From a virus, in IMG/VR virus record IMGVR_UViG_2706795428_000001, positions 46,838 through 110,837 of that record: a DNA stretch of 64,000 nt, one strand, 5' to 3'. Shown piece by piece: positions 9,593 through 18,508 of this stretch. The notes beneath the pieces are model-generated. The model saw only the letters and a list, made by a program, of their open reading frames with translations, made no database searches and had not been told where the DNA came from. Positions within the stretch are counted from its first letter, which is position 1. Each line of letters begins with the position of its first letter. The position numbers and the translations under genes are program-made.

Positions 9593-10818
9593 AATACTTT
9601 GAACCATTTGTCTGTTTCTTGAAGTTCTTTTTGGAAATCAGATGATGTCGGAACAACCAATCCATCATCTTCCCAAATCTCTTTCACTTTATAATCAAAA
9701 GGATTCTCAAGTAAAGTCTCGAAACCATTTGGCATGTCTGGAAAAAGTTCATGCATATTCATAAGTTCGCCAGTGACCCCAAAGACTGAATCATACCACG
9801 AAGGAAAAACTGCACCTTTGATCAATCCTGGTTGATTTCTCAAAGCGCTTCTAAACGGCTTCCAGTCAATTTCGGGCCAATGTTCACGATAGTAAAGATA
9901 TCTTGATGTAGCATCACTCGAAGCATGCCCAGGCATTTCTCCTGAAGACCCATCAGGGGCAAACATTCGTTTGTACTGACAATAGATCGATTCTTTTCTG
10001 AATGAATCAATTCTGAAACCGGAGAATTCTTCTGCGATTGAAGTATATTCTAAAAGAGCGTCTTTAGCCCATTCAACATCTTTCTGAACAACTTGATAAT
10101 CTCCATACTTTCCAATCATCTTTTCAGGTTGATTTGTAAGAGCACAAAGACCATTCCAAATTGATCCAAGAGATGAATCGTTATTTGGAGAATATCCATC
10201 CAACATAATATCTTCTGGATCGATTGGAAGTTCAAGCAAATCATGAAGACATTGCATTAGAAGCCATCCAGTCATTCGACCGAATTTATGAAGTGTCTGA
10301 ATTTCTCTATAAAGAAGCCAGAAATTTTCTCTTTGACTTGACCCCACAAGGATTGAATCGAATTTATCTTTGAAAGAACTTTTTCCAAGCCAATTCTTGA
10401 CACTCTGAACTTGGCTAACCCAATGACCTTTGTTGTATCGAGCATCTGTTCCGTAAGTTGTTCTTTTCCAATTATTCGCATGCCATTTTTCCAATTCATT
10501 CATATTGATTGCATGAAAGTCTGGAAAGGTTTCAGTATATGCAAAAGCTTGAGGAGTTCTGTAAGTCATTCCAAAACAGAATGCAAACCATGCCTTTTGT
10601 TCAAAGTCATAATCTTTACAGAGATACTTGTAGTAATGAATATGATCCAGGTCATGCGTCAGGACTCTCCAATTGAAATATCGATTGAAAAGTTCTTGAC
10701 GTTTGCCTGGAGATTTCCATTCTTGAGTTGATTCTTCAATTCCAAAGAATCGTTTGTCCGCCTCTTGACTTGCTTTGTATTGCAGAAGCTTTTCAGAAAG
10801 TTTTGATTGTTTGGCCAT
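9589..10818 (-). CDS. aGPT-PPlase clade-2-like (amino acid:DNA transferase family) hypermodification enzyme
   Basis: AWFAFCFGMTYR, FGRMTGWLLMQCL (HhH-like) and ESIYCQYKRMF motifs. Confidence 0.75.
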   Translation of the reverse strand: MAKQSKLSEKLLQYKASQEADKRFFGIEESTQEWKSPGKRQELFNRYFNWRVLTHDLDHIHYYKYLCKDYDFEQKAWFAFCFGMTYRTPQAFAYTETFPDFHAINMNELEKWHANNWKRTTYGTDARYNKGHWVSQVQSVKNWLGKSSFKDKFDSILVGSSQRENFWLLYREIQTLHKFGRMTGWLLMQCLHDLLELPIDPEDIMLDGYSPNNDSSLGSIWNGLCALTNQPEKMIGKYGDYQVVQKDVEWAKDALLEYTSIAEEFSGFRIDSFRKESIYCQYKRMFAPDGSSGEMPGHASSDATSRYLYYREHWPEIDWKPFRSALRNQPGLIKGAVFPSWYDSVFGVTGELMNMHELFPDMPNGFETLLENPFDYKVKEIWEDDGLVVPTSSDFQKELQETDKWFKVL

Positions 10819-11125
10819 TCATTTCTCCATCAAAGTAATGCAAATACTTTTTACCTTTTGAAGATATATGCCAAGTTGTAGTATAACAATGAAAAGTTTG
10901 CCGCATTCTTTTAGAATAGAAAGTCTTTCCAGTGTAATGTTTCTTCTGGTATACATATGGTTTCATAAATCCGAGATATCCGGCAACCGAATTACGAGGA
11001 ACATTCCACCAACCAAGAAGATCTTCTAATACTTGCGAAATCTGTTTAGAAGAAAGATTTACATTTAAATGTTTAGCCGCAAGTAGAACTCTTAGAATTT
11101 GTCTTTGATTGTTATTCATTGTCAA
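10793..11125 (-). CDS. small basic protein, possible winged HTH
   Basis: Helical pattern LSSKQISQVLEDLL...RNSVAGYL then beta hairpin. Confidence 0.4.
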   Translation of the reverse strand: MTMNNNQRQILRVLLAAKHLNVNLSSKQISQVLEDLLGWWNVPRNSVAGYLGFMKPYVYQKKHYTGKTFYSKRMRQTFHCYTTTWHISSKGKKYLHYFDGEMNGQTIKTF

Positions 11126-11649
11126 TCAATTGCAGGAATTGGAGAAACAATCTTTTTAGCAGAATACTCAACTGGAACAGTGAATTGCTTTTCAAGAATT
11201 TGATATTTCGGCATTTGAGGATCTTGCCACATTGCAACAGTTGTTTTTGGAATTTTTGGGCGATCATCTTTACCAATACCACGAATTGCGTAAGTAAAAA
11301 GAACGAATGCATTCCATGCAACAGCAATCATGTGATGTGAACCGGTCTCGACATCATAGTCCTCGCCAGATTTCCATGCCTGAAGATGTCGTTCTAGAGA
11401 AGCACAACATTTTCCCCAGTCCATCCCTCTTTCCCAGTTACGGTCGGCATACTTTTTGGCGCCAATTTCGAAATGTCTACCGAGAGCCAACATTGCTTCT
11501 GGAGGAATGAGGTCCATTCGCGGTTTACCTTCATTATAACGAAGGGCTCCGTTATCTACTACAGTAGCGTTCTGATTCCTAGACATAATCACTTTATCTT
11601 CAATATCAACATCTTTTTCTTCATCATCGTAATATTTGTATGCGCTCAT
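11122..11649 (-). CDS. dATP/dGTP diphosphohydrolase domain protein (DUF5664)
   Basis: RYNEGKPRMDLIP...GAKKYADRNWERG...ASLERHL...HHMIAVAWNA. Confidence 0.85.
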   Translation of the reverse strand: MSAYKYYDDEEKDVDIEDKVIMSRNQNATVVDNGALRYNEGKPRMDLIPPEAMLALGRHFEIGAKKYADRNWERGMDWGKCCASLERHLQAWKSGEDYDVETGSHHMIAVAWNAFVLFTYAIRGIGKDDRPKIPKTTVAMWQDPQMPKYQILEKQFTVPVEYSAKKIVSPIPAID

Positions 11650-11827
11650 TTCTACCTCGTATATTTGATCATATCGTTAATTGCGATTTCCATTGAAGAT
11701 TCAGAGGATAGTGGTGAAATCCAGAAAGAGTTATCATCATTTAGACCAAAGTCATGAATGATCTTATCTCCTCTCATTCTATCAAGGAAATCCCAAGCAT
11801 CATCCAGAAATTGTTTTTCTACGATGA

Positions 11828-12070
11828 TCATGAAATAATTTCTCGTACAGTCAATTCTTTGCTGAAAAACTTTTTACGAGAGACTTTCATATAATACGTA
11901 GCATATGTATTCGCAGAATGAATTAATTCGGAATCATATACCCAAAATCGTTTTGAATGCTTCCATTTTAATTTACCTGCTGCTAATTTGACAGCATTTT
12001 CTTTTGTTTCTGCTTCAAATGTTAATGTAGCTTCCGGATAATAATCAGGAAATACTTTAAACTGCTTCAT
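11828..12070 (-). CDS. hypothetical protein
   Basis: Coupled ORF. Confidence 0.5.
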   Translation of the reverse strand: MKQFKVFPDYYPEATLTFEAETKENAVKLAAGKLKWKHSKRFWVYDSELIHSANTYATYYMKVSRKKFFSKELTVREIIS

Positions 12071-12516
12071 TCACCACACCCATTTTGTTTATCAAATTGC
12101 CCCCAATGAACAAATCCTTGAGGGCAAGCAAAACCCCATTCTCGAATTCTTGGTCCAGTCACGAAAATGGTTGTGCAAGGTTCTCGATCAGGGTATCCGA
12201 CCATTGAACCATCATTTTGTTTGACCCACTTCGTGAGAAGTTGAACACGATGCCAAGCTTCTCCGAAACGGAAATAACAATTTCCTCGTTTTCGAATGAA
12301 TTTTCCTTTTGGGGTATGTTCAATATAATTGCCTTTGATTAGAATAGAAAGGCAAAACAACCACGGATGACTATGAAGCGCTCTATCTTCATCTGAACGC
12401 AGAAACTTATGAAGATAGATGTTAAAGAAAGGATTTCGGGGAATGACCCACCACCTTAACAGGTACGGGTCTTCATTTCCTCCAATGACTACATCTGGTT
12501 TTCGTTTGAATACCAT
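12067..12516 (-). CDS. cupin-fold (cysteine-dioxygenase-like) protein
   Basis: LHSHPW...GNYIE...WHRV metal-binding pattern, TIFVTGP..REWGF; TGATG-coupled to the TET/JBP gene. Confidence 0.7.
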   Translation of the reverse strand: MVFKRKPDVVIGGNEDPYLLRWWVIPRNPFFNIYLHKFLRSDEDRALHSHPWLFCLSILIKGNYIEHTPKGKFIRKRGNCYFRFGEAWHRVQLLTKWVKQNDGSMVGYPDREPCTTIFVTGPRIREWGFACPQGFVHWGQFDKQNGCGE

Positions 12517-13844
12517 CAGAACAACGTAGCTCCTGTTTGAGGGTATGCTTCTGGATGATATTGAAGAACGACATCTTTTCCAAGTTTTGATTCTAGGTAA
12601 TCATACCATGCTTGTTCAGTAAACATTCCTGGCGTGACGCCATTGAACAAATTTCGCCCTTCCGAAAGAATTGGATCTTTCTTTCGTTCTTCTACATACT
12701 GAAATTTTACTTGATTGTATTCGTAAGAACCGGTTCCAATCAAATCTTCACGGAAATACGCAACAACACTACAACGATTTCCAATGATTGGAGTATTTCC
12801 GTGAATGATATTATGATTTGCAATCAGAAGAAGATCACCAGGACGAATATTAACGCATGCTCGATATTCTGGAAATACTAGATATCCGCCTTCAAAATCT
12901 GATTCACCATCAGTCAGTACTGAAAGATTGGAAAATCCTGCTTCCAGATCACCATCATCCAAATGGTATCCAGTGCGGAAATTTTTGTTCACAGTAATTG
13001 TGCTGAATACTGTTCCGGGAACAACGAATTCAGGAGCAACTTTCTTACATGCTTCATTTTGATTATTCCATCGTTTTGGAAGGAACTCTTTGAAAGCATT
13101 AGAAAGTTTCTGAAGATACGGAAAAGCTTGTTCAAACTCTTCAGGGTTATTTCGATTGAATGCTGCAAGACGAGCATAAGGGTATCGTGGATAAGGTGGT
13201 TGCGAACCGGCAACTCCAGAGTTCACAGGAGAAGCATAAGTCGAGATTGAAATATATTTTTTCTCTACAAATTCTGCTTCTTTCTTGCGTTCTTCTACAG
13301 AAAGTTTCCGTACTCTTTCCAACCATTCAGAGAATTTGAAATTATCATTTCGAGTTGCATGATACAGCCACATGCATCCTCTTGAACTGTTTTTGTCGCC
13401 ATCTTTGTATTTCTCAAAGATTTCTTCGATTGGATCAAATCCTGGAAGAGGTTGAGCACCTTTTTTGAATAGATTGATAATATCCCATTCTTTTGCAGTA
13501 ACCCAATCTCTATTGCCGACTTTTTCGACTTTTGGTCCTGCAGCCAAGCCACGATTATTTGAAGGGACATCGGCTGCGCGATTTAATCCTCGATATGCGC
13601 CAAGTTGTTCTTCTTTTGTGAAGTAATTTTTCCTGAAAACCAAACCAATTCTTGCTTCATCAATCGCTTGGGGACATGACGCACAATCTTGATTACATTC
13701 AAGCATATCTGAAACAAAGCAATCAGGCTTCGTATAGAAATTGGTATCAGAATCAATAATCACATCATAATGCGAATCTTCCGCAAACTGCCCCAGAAGA
13801 TGCTGACAATCAATCTTTTCTTTAGCAACAATAACATTAACCAT
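12516..13844 (-). CDS. TET/JBP-family 2OG-Fe(II) dioxygenase
   Basis: TITVNKNFRTGYHLD (HxD), GGYLVFPEY, IHGNTPI (distal His), RCSVVAYFRE (2OG-binding Arg). Confidence 0.85.
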   Translation of the reverse strand: MVNVIVAKEKIDCQHLLGQFAEDSHYDVIIDSDTNFYTKPDCFVSDMLECNQDCASCPQAIDEARIGLVFRKNYFTKEEQLGAYRGLNRAADVPSNNRGLAAGPKVEKVGNRDWVTAKEWDIINLFKKGAQPLPGFDPIEEIFEKYKDGDKNSSRGCMWLYHATRNDNFKFSEWLERVRKLSVEERKKEAEFVEKKYISISTYASPVNSGVAGSQPPYPRYPYARLAAFNRNNPEEFEQAFPYLQKLSNAFKEFLPKRWNNQNEACKKVAPEFVVPGTVFSTITVNKNFRTGYHLDDGDLEAGFSNLSVLTDGESDFEGGYLVFPEYRACVNIRPGDLLLIANHNIIHGNTPIIGNRCSVVAYFREDLIGTGSYEYNQVKFQYVEERKKDPILSEGRNLFNGVTPGMFTEQAWYDYLESKLGKDVVLQYHPEAYPQTGATLF

Positions 13845-14067
13845 TCATTATTTCCTTTTGCTTACTGATTAAATCCTAACAGTAAGTAGCAATTTCATTT
13901 TTCGGTGATTACAATCCAGAGAAACAAAGGCCAAAGAAGCCCCATGAAAAGAATTGGGCCGAATCGAGGATAATTCAAACCTTGTTGACGAAAATTCACT
14001 GAAAGATGAATCAACATCAGAGAAAGAATATACCAACCTACAAAGTATACTGTCAGGGTCGCACCAA

Positions 14068-14298
14068 TCACGATTTAATCATCCATTCATTGATGCGATC
14101 TTGGAGTTCATAGAGTTTAATTTCGAAGAACTTCAGAGTAAAATATACTACTCCAAAAGGAGTTTGGAGTAAAGTGAAAAATCCAATCAATACTGTGAAA
14201 ATTGTGAAAGAACATGCAGCAAAGAAAGTCTTTATTGCAAGATTCGTTTCCTTTTCAGAATATGTTTCAATCGACATTATAATCTCTTGTAAATTCAA
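14068..14298 (-). CDS. small membrane protein
   Basis: Hydrophobic central segment. Confidence 0.4.
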   Translation of the reverse strand: MNLQEIIMSIETYSEKETNLAIKTFFAACSFTIFTVLIGFFTLLQTPFGVVYFTLKFFEIKLYELQDRINEWMIKS

Positions 14299-14608
14299 TG
14301 TTGACGCTAGTATTTTGGTTTAGATGCAAAATTTCTCGTAATCTTTTTTCAAGAAACTCATATTCATTTCGTTCAGAGCAATATGAATAAAGAGCAAAAG
14401 CCCATGGATCTTTTTCGAACATTTTCTCAAGACTTTCACGGGTATGTTTCTCGTTTTTCTTAAACCAGTAATCAGTTTTGTTTCTACCAATATTCAGTTT
14501 AATGTTTTCTTCTTGCCTTTTCTTTCGCCATTTTTCAATTTGGTCTAGTCTTTTAGAAATAAGATCGGCGGCGAAAGAGCACGGAAGATTATACCAAACT
14601 CTTGTCAT
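14267..14608 (-). CDS. hypothetical protein
   Basis: ATGA-coupled ORF. Confidence 0.5.
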   Translation of the reverse strand: MTRVWYNLPCSFAADLISKRLDQIEKWRKKRQEENIKLNIGRNKTDYWFKKNEKHTRESLEKMFEKDPWAFALYSYCSERNEYEFLEKRLREILHLNQNTSVNIEFTRDYNVD

Positions 14609-15075
14609 GAAATTGGATCCTGGGTCACCAAAACCATTTCAATATCAGGCTTGAAGTAATTTGGCCCTTTCAGAACTTTGCCATCTTCACGATATACTGG
14701 TTTACCATCTTCACCAAGTTTGCTCATGTTCGAAGAGTGAACTTCTGAAAACACTGAATCAAGATTGATACCATATTCTACAGCAGTACCATGGTTGAAA
14801 TATTCAATATCTGCTAGAGCATCAGCGATTTCAACAATATCTGGAGCACGAACACGATCTAGGATTGATGCGACTTTCCATGCAGCCTGAATTAAATGAA
14901 TACCGGCAGGATTGTAACCCTGAGCATCTAAAAGTTCACAGAACTCTTCGATAATGAAACCATTGCGAAGATTTTCTCGTTGTACTGAAAGATTGTTTGG
15001 ATTAGGAATAGTTCCGATTGGTTGATTGTAAGTCTGATGAAACTGAAGAACTTTTTCAAAATTTGTCTTTGCCAT
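14605..15075 (-). CDS. MazG-like (all-alpha) NTP pyrophosphohydrolase
   Basis: IEEFCEL...EIADALADIEY...VHSSNMSK...GKVLKGPNY; likely start MAKTN at 15075. Confidence 0.85.
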   Translation of the reverse strand: MAKTNFEKVLQFHQTYNQPIGTIPNPNNLSVQRENLRNGFIIEEFCELLDAQGYNPAGIHLIQAAWKVASILDRVRAPDIVEIADALADIEYFNHGTAVEYGINLDSVFSEVHSSNMSKLGEDGKPVYREDGKVLKGPNYFKPDIEMVLVTQDPIS

Positions 15076-15076
15076 T

Positions 15077-15496
15077 TTAATTCTTTCCCACAACATATTT
15101 GTGAATAATTTGGAATTCTTTTTTCTCTTTCGAGGGGACAACCTTGATTGAAGAAATTGGAGCAAGGTCTTTGAATACTTCTGTATTCTTGACAGTGACA
15201 AGACCCCATTCATTTAGAAGCCATGCAATTGTATTTCGACGTTTACGATCTTCTTCACTGAAAGAAGTCGGTTTGCGGTCAAGCATGAAACATTCTTTAA
15301 AATGGAGTAGCCAATAACGACCACGCTTGAAAAGAATAACACATGAAGGATAAAGAGTCTTTGGGGTTGTTTTTGAAGAACTAATTCCAATTCGTTCAAG
15401 CGTTTCCTTGACGATTAGGAAATCTTCGGGTTTAGAGAGTTCAATTTCGATAAATGATTCTAATAGTTCTTCAACTGATTTATTTTGATTTGTCAT
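15077..15496 (-). CDS. regA: translational repressor RegA
   Basis: DFLIVKETLERIGI...LYPSCVILFKRGRYWLLHFKE; T4 synteny after gp62. Confidence 0.92.
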   Translation of the reverse strand: MTNQNKSVEELLESFIEIELSKPEDFLIVKETLERIGISSSKTTPKTLYPSCVILFKRGRYWLLHFKECFMLDRKPTSFSEEDRKRRNTIAWLLNEWGLVTVKNTEVFKDLAPISSIKVVPSKEKKEFQIIHKYVVGKN

Positions 15497-15507
15497 GGTA
15501 TACTTTC

Positions 15508-15936
15508 TTAAACTCCACCTTGATCAAGGTTTACTTCATTACGCAACTGTTGCATTTGTTCTTCTGTAAGAACATTCAAAAGAGCTGCTGCTTTCTCATT
15601 TGAATATTTGAAAACTTTCTTGATAATTTCAATATCAGGATTTTCCATTCCCTTCCACCATTTACTCCATCGTTTCCTTGGGCGAATTGAAAGTCTCAAG
15701 AAATCAAATTGAGCATTCTTTGGAAGGTTTGGATATTGATTTACTTCATTAGCATAGAGCACCGTATCAGAGAAATAACTCAAACCTCTATTGATTATGA
15801 ATGGTGCATATGCTTTCTCGACTTCTTCTTTCGACGGATAAGTCTTGAAAAGATTTTCTTTCTCTACACTATTAATTGCTGAAATGAAAGAGAAAGGATC
15901 AAGTTTCTTTTGTTTGGTTGGAGCATCTTCACTCAA
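15508..15936 (-). CDS. 62: clamp loader small subunit (T4 gp62)
   Basis: PFIINRGLSYFSDTVLYANEVN...QFDFL...RKRWSKW; TTG start inferred. Confidence 0.88.
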   Translation of the reverse strand: MSEDAPTKQKKLDPFSFISAINSVEKENLFKTYPSKEEVEKAYAPFIINRGLSYFSDTVLYANEVNQYPNLPKNAQFDFLRLSIRPRKRWSKWWKGMENPDIEIIKKVFKYSNEKAAALLNVLTEEQMQQLRNEVNLDQGGV

Positions 15937-15940
15937 ACCA

Positions 15941-16915
15941 TTACTCCTTGAACTGGCAATCCGCAAGAACTTCAACTAGAAAACTTGCGCGATTTATCTG
16001 AGTATCAGCAACTCGAGTTTCCATATCCTGATATTTTCCAAGGAATAGAATCATCTGGGGAACAGATGAAGGCACAAGATAATCGTTGACAGTATCATAG
16101 AATTTACGATAAAAGTCTACAGAAGTAATATCTTCGTTTTCACCAATCCAACGGCGAATTGCATTGAATTGTTTCGGACCTTCGCGGAGTAGTTTGATAA
16201 GATCCTTGAAACGTTCTTCACCAAAGTCGACAAGAATTCCCGAATCGATTTGGCCAGTTTTGGAATATGCTTGAAGAGTATTCAGAGTCTTTCGAAAGTC
16301 TGGATAACATTTTGCAATGATGGCCATGACTGCTTCCTTTTGATAAGGAATAGATTCTTCTTCAAGAATTGCATAGACTCGTTTTGCAAATTTCATTCCA
16401 AGATCAGCAAGTTCTTTCTTGGTGAAATTGAACTCAATTGCTTGACCAAATCGCGATTGAAGTGGTTCAATGACTTTTGATTTGTAGTTACATGTAGCAA
16501 CGAAGCCGCAGTTTGCCGCGTAAGCTTCCATGAAGTTGCGAAGAGATTTCTGAGCCATTTCTGACATACCATCAATCTCATCGATAAGAACCATCTTTCG
16601 ATGGCCTTCACTCATCAGAGAAACAGTCGAAGCGAAATTTTGAATCTCTGTTCGAACAGTATCAATATTTCTATCAAGACTTGCGTTAATTTCAAGAAAA
16701 TCGATATTCAGCTGATTGAAAAGAGCCTTGAGAATTGTGGTTTTACCCACACCAGCCGTACCCGAAATCAGAATGTTACTGTCGATTTTACCATCAATAA
16801 CATATGCCTGAAAGATTTTCTTGAAACGCTCGGGTAGAATACAAGACTCTACAGTATTTGGTCTATATTTTTCAACAAAGGCCACATGTCTTGGATCACT
16901 CACAAGTGATGTCAT
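15941..16915 (-). CDS. 44: clamp loader large subunit (T4 gp44)
   Basis: VEKYRP, GTAGVGKTT, IDEID, PLQSR. Confidence 0.95.
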   Translation of the reverse strand: MTSLVSDPRHVAFVEKYRPNTVESCILPERFKKIFQAYVIDGKIDSNILISGTAGVGKTTILKALFNQLNIDFLEINASLDRNIDTVRTEIQNFASTVSLMSEGHRKMVLIDEIDGMSEMAQKSLRNFMEAYAANCGFVATCNYKSKVIEPLQSRFGQAIEFNFTKKELADLGMKFAKRVYAILEEESIPYQKEAVMAIIAKCYPDFRKTLNTLQAYSKTGQIDSGILVDFGEERFKDLIKLLREGPKQFNAIRRWIGENEDITSVDFYRKFYDTVNDYLVPSSVPQMILFLGKYQDMETRVADTQINRASFLVEVLADCQFKE

Positions 16916-16984
16916 ACTTTACTCCAATATTTTAGAAAGACACTTAGAATACTTTAAAGAGGAAAGAAAGTAAAGCCTCAACTG

Positions 16985-17287
16985 CTATTCAGTAAGCAGT
17001 TGAGGACCAGACTTAAGTTCTGCAAGTTCAGTTTCAAGACATTGAATTTTTTTGCGAAGTTCAATTTCTTTTTCGAGTTGTTCTACTCGTTGTTCTAGAT
17101 CGGTTCGCCATTGTTCATTTTCATCGGAAATACAATCGGGCTGAGATTTTTCCCGATCGAGTTCTTTTGCAATACGAATCATGTCGACGATTTTACGAGC
17201 AGCGGGATAATCGGATTCTGGAATAGTCCAAGGAACCGGCCAAAGATTATCACGACCGTACCCTGTAACTGCTGAAACGATACACAT
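16985..17287 (-). CDS. hypothetical protein inserted between gp45 and gp44
   Basis: ORF coupled to the gp45 stop. Confidence 0.55.
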   Translation of the reverse strand: MCIVSAVTGYGRDNLWPVPWTIPESDYPAARKIVDMIRIAKELDREKSQPDCISDENEQWRTDLEQRVEQLEKEIELRKKIQCLETELAELKSGPQLLTE

Positions 17288-17952
17288 TATGAAATAACCG
17301 AATTAGCCTCGACGGCGATGAGATAGTAAGCACGATCAGAAACCCAACGCGAAAGAGCGAGTTCACCCTTTTTACCAATTGAGACGGTATAATCGTCTGC
17401 CAGAACTTTCAGATTTTCAGTCTTGAAAATGACTTTGAAATTTAGATCAGTTTCACCAACATCAAATTGATAGTTGTTACCATCAGTTTCCTTCGTCGAA
17501 AGAGCACGAGCAGTGATTTTACCATTTTCGCCAACGATAGCAACTTCTGGAACACCCAGAACACTACCGGCTTTTTGAATTTTCGCAAGAACAGCTGAAG
17601 TGATTGTGACTTCAACATCGACTTTCGGGAATTCAATTTCTTTCTTCGGGGGAGCAATAATCAGTTTTGAATCGCCATAGCGATAATTGACTCGTTCTTC
17701 TTTCGAAGAAACAGTGACGTAAGAATCATTGAAAGTCAGTTCAGGTTCATCCATGAGAGAAAGAACATTCAGGAACTGGCCAAGATCATAGATTGCAAAT
17801 TCACGATCGAAGTCATCTTGAACATCGACCTTTGCAATGATAGTCTTTTGAGGTGAAACTGTTTCCAGCTTCTTACCTTCTTTGAAAATAATGCCGTTGT
17901 TGATTGAGGCAAAGCTCTTAAGAACAGCAATAGTATCAGCGCTAATTTTCAT
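17287..17952 (-). CDS. 45: sliding clamp (T4 gp45)
   Basis: MKISADTIAVLKSFASINNGI...FAIYDLGQFL. Confidence 0.95.
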   Translation of the reverse strand: MKISADTIAVLKSFASINNGIIFKEGKKLETVSPQKTIIAKVDVQDDFDREFAIYDLGQFLNVLSLMDEPELTFNDSYVTVSSKEERVNYRYGDSKLIIAPPKKEIEFPKVDVEVTITSAVLAKIQKAGSVLGVPEVAIVGENGKITARALSTKETDGNNYQFDVGETDLNFKVIFKTENLKVLADDYTVSIGKKGELALSRWVSDRAYYLIAVEANSVIS

Positions 17953-18176
17953 TTTGATTTCTTCTTTCGTTTACGTTTAGATTTTGATTTGGTTGAAGTA
18001 TCTATAGAAGTTTCTTGAAAGTTGTTCAAAAAGAACTTACGAATTCTGTTTCGCTTTGCTTCAAGAACTTGATAGACATCAATGTATACGCCATTTTCAC
18101 CGACAAGTAAAGATTTATTTGGAGGCGTTAGAGTATCGGCGTAACAACTGTAAGCAATATCACTTAGTCGTTTCAA
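17949..18176 (-). CDS. hypothetical protein with basic C-tail
   Basis: Coupled ORF. Confidence 0.5.
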   Translation of the reverse strand: MKRLSDIAYSCYADTLTPPNKSLLVGENGVYIDVYQVLEAKRNRIRKFFLNNFQETSIDTSTKSKSKRKRKKKSK

Positions 18177-18436
18177 ATTTCACCAAGAGCGGTGAGATAT
18201 AAATCCAAAATTGATTCCTCTTCTTGCCGCTTCGCTCGATCCTGTTGGCGAATACGAATCACTTTACGAATGATTTTCGTATCAAAACCATTGCCTTTGG
18301 CTTCATTTAGGACTTCTTTAACTTGTTCTTGAATTTCTTTCTTTTCAATTACAAGTCGTTCAACCCGATCAATGATTGATTTCAGTTGAGATTTCGCAGT
18401 CGTATTAATCACATCTACTGATGCTACTTCAGTCAT
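18173..18436 (-). CDS. GapR/DUF2312 (UPF0335)-family DNA-binding protein
   Basis: QLKSIIDRVERL..EK..I....KEV..EAKGNGFDTKIIRKVIRIR...R.EEE.ILDLY..ALG. Confidence 0.9.
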   Translation of the reverse strand: MTEVASVDVINTTAKSQLKSIIDRVERLVIEKKEIQEQVKEVLNEAKGNGFDTKIIRKVIRIRQQDRAKRQEEESILDLYLTALGEI

Positions 18437-18508
18437 ATTCAGTTTACCTTTGATTTAATTTGACAACCTATGCTTAACTTTTAAGGAGAAAGTTAAACCA
18501 AAACCAAA

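Noticed and set aside
11122-11649. dZ or 7-deazaguanine modification system inferred from DUF5664
   Set aside because: No purZ, folE, queD/C/E or dpdA-like genes are recognisable in this window
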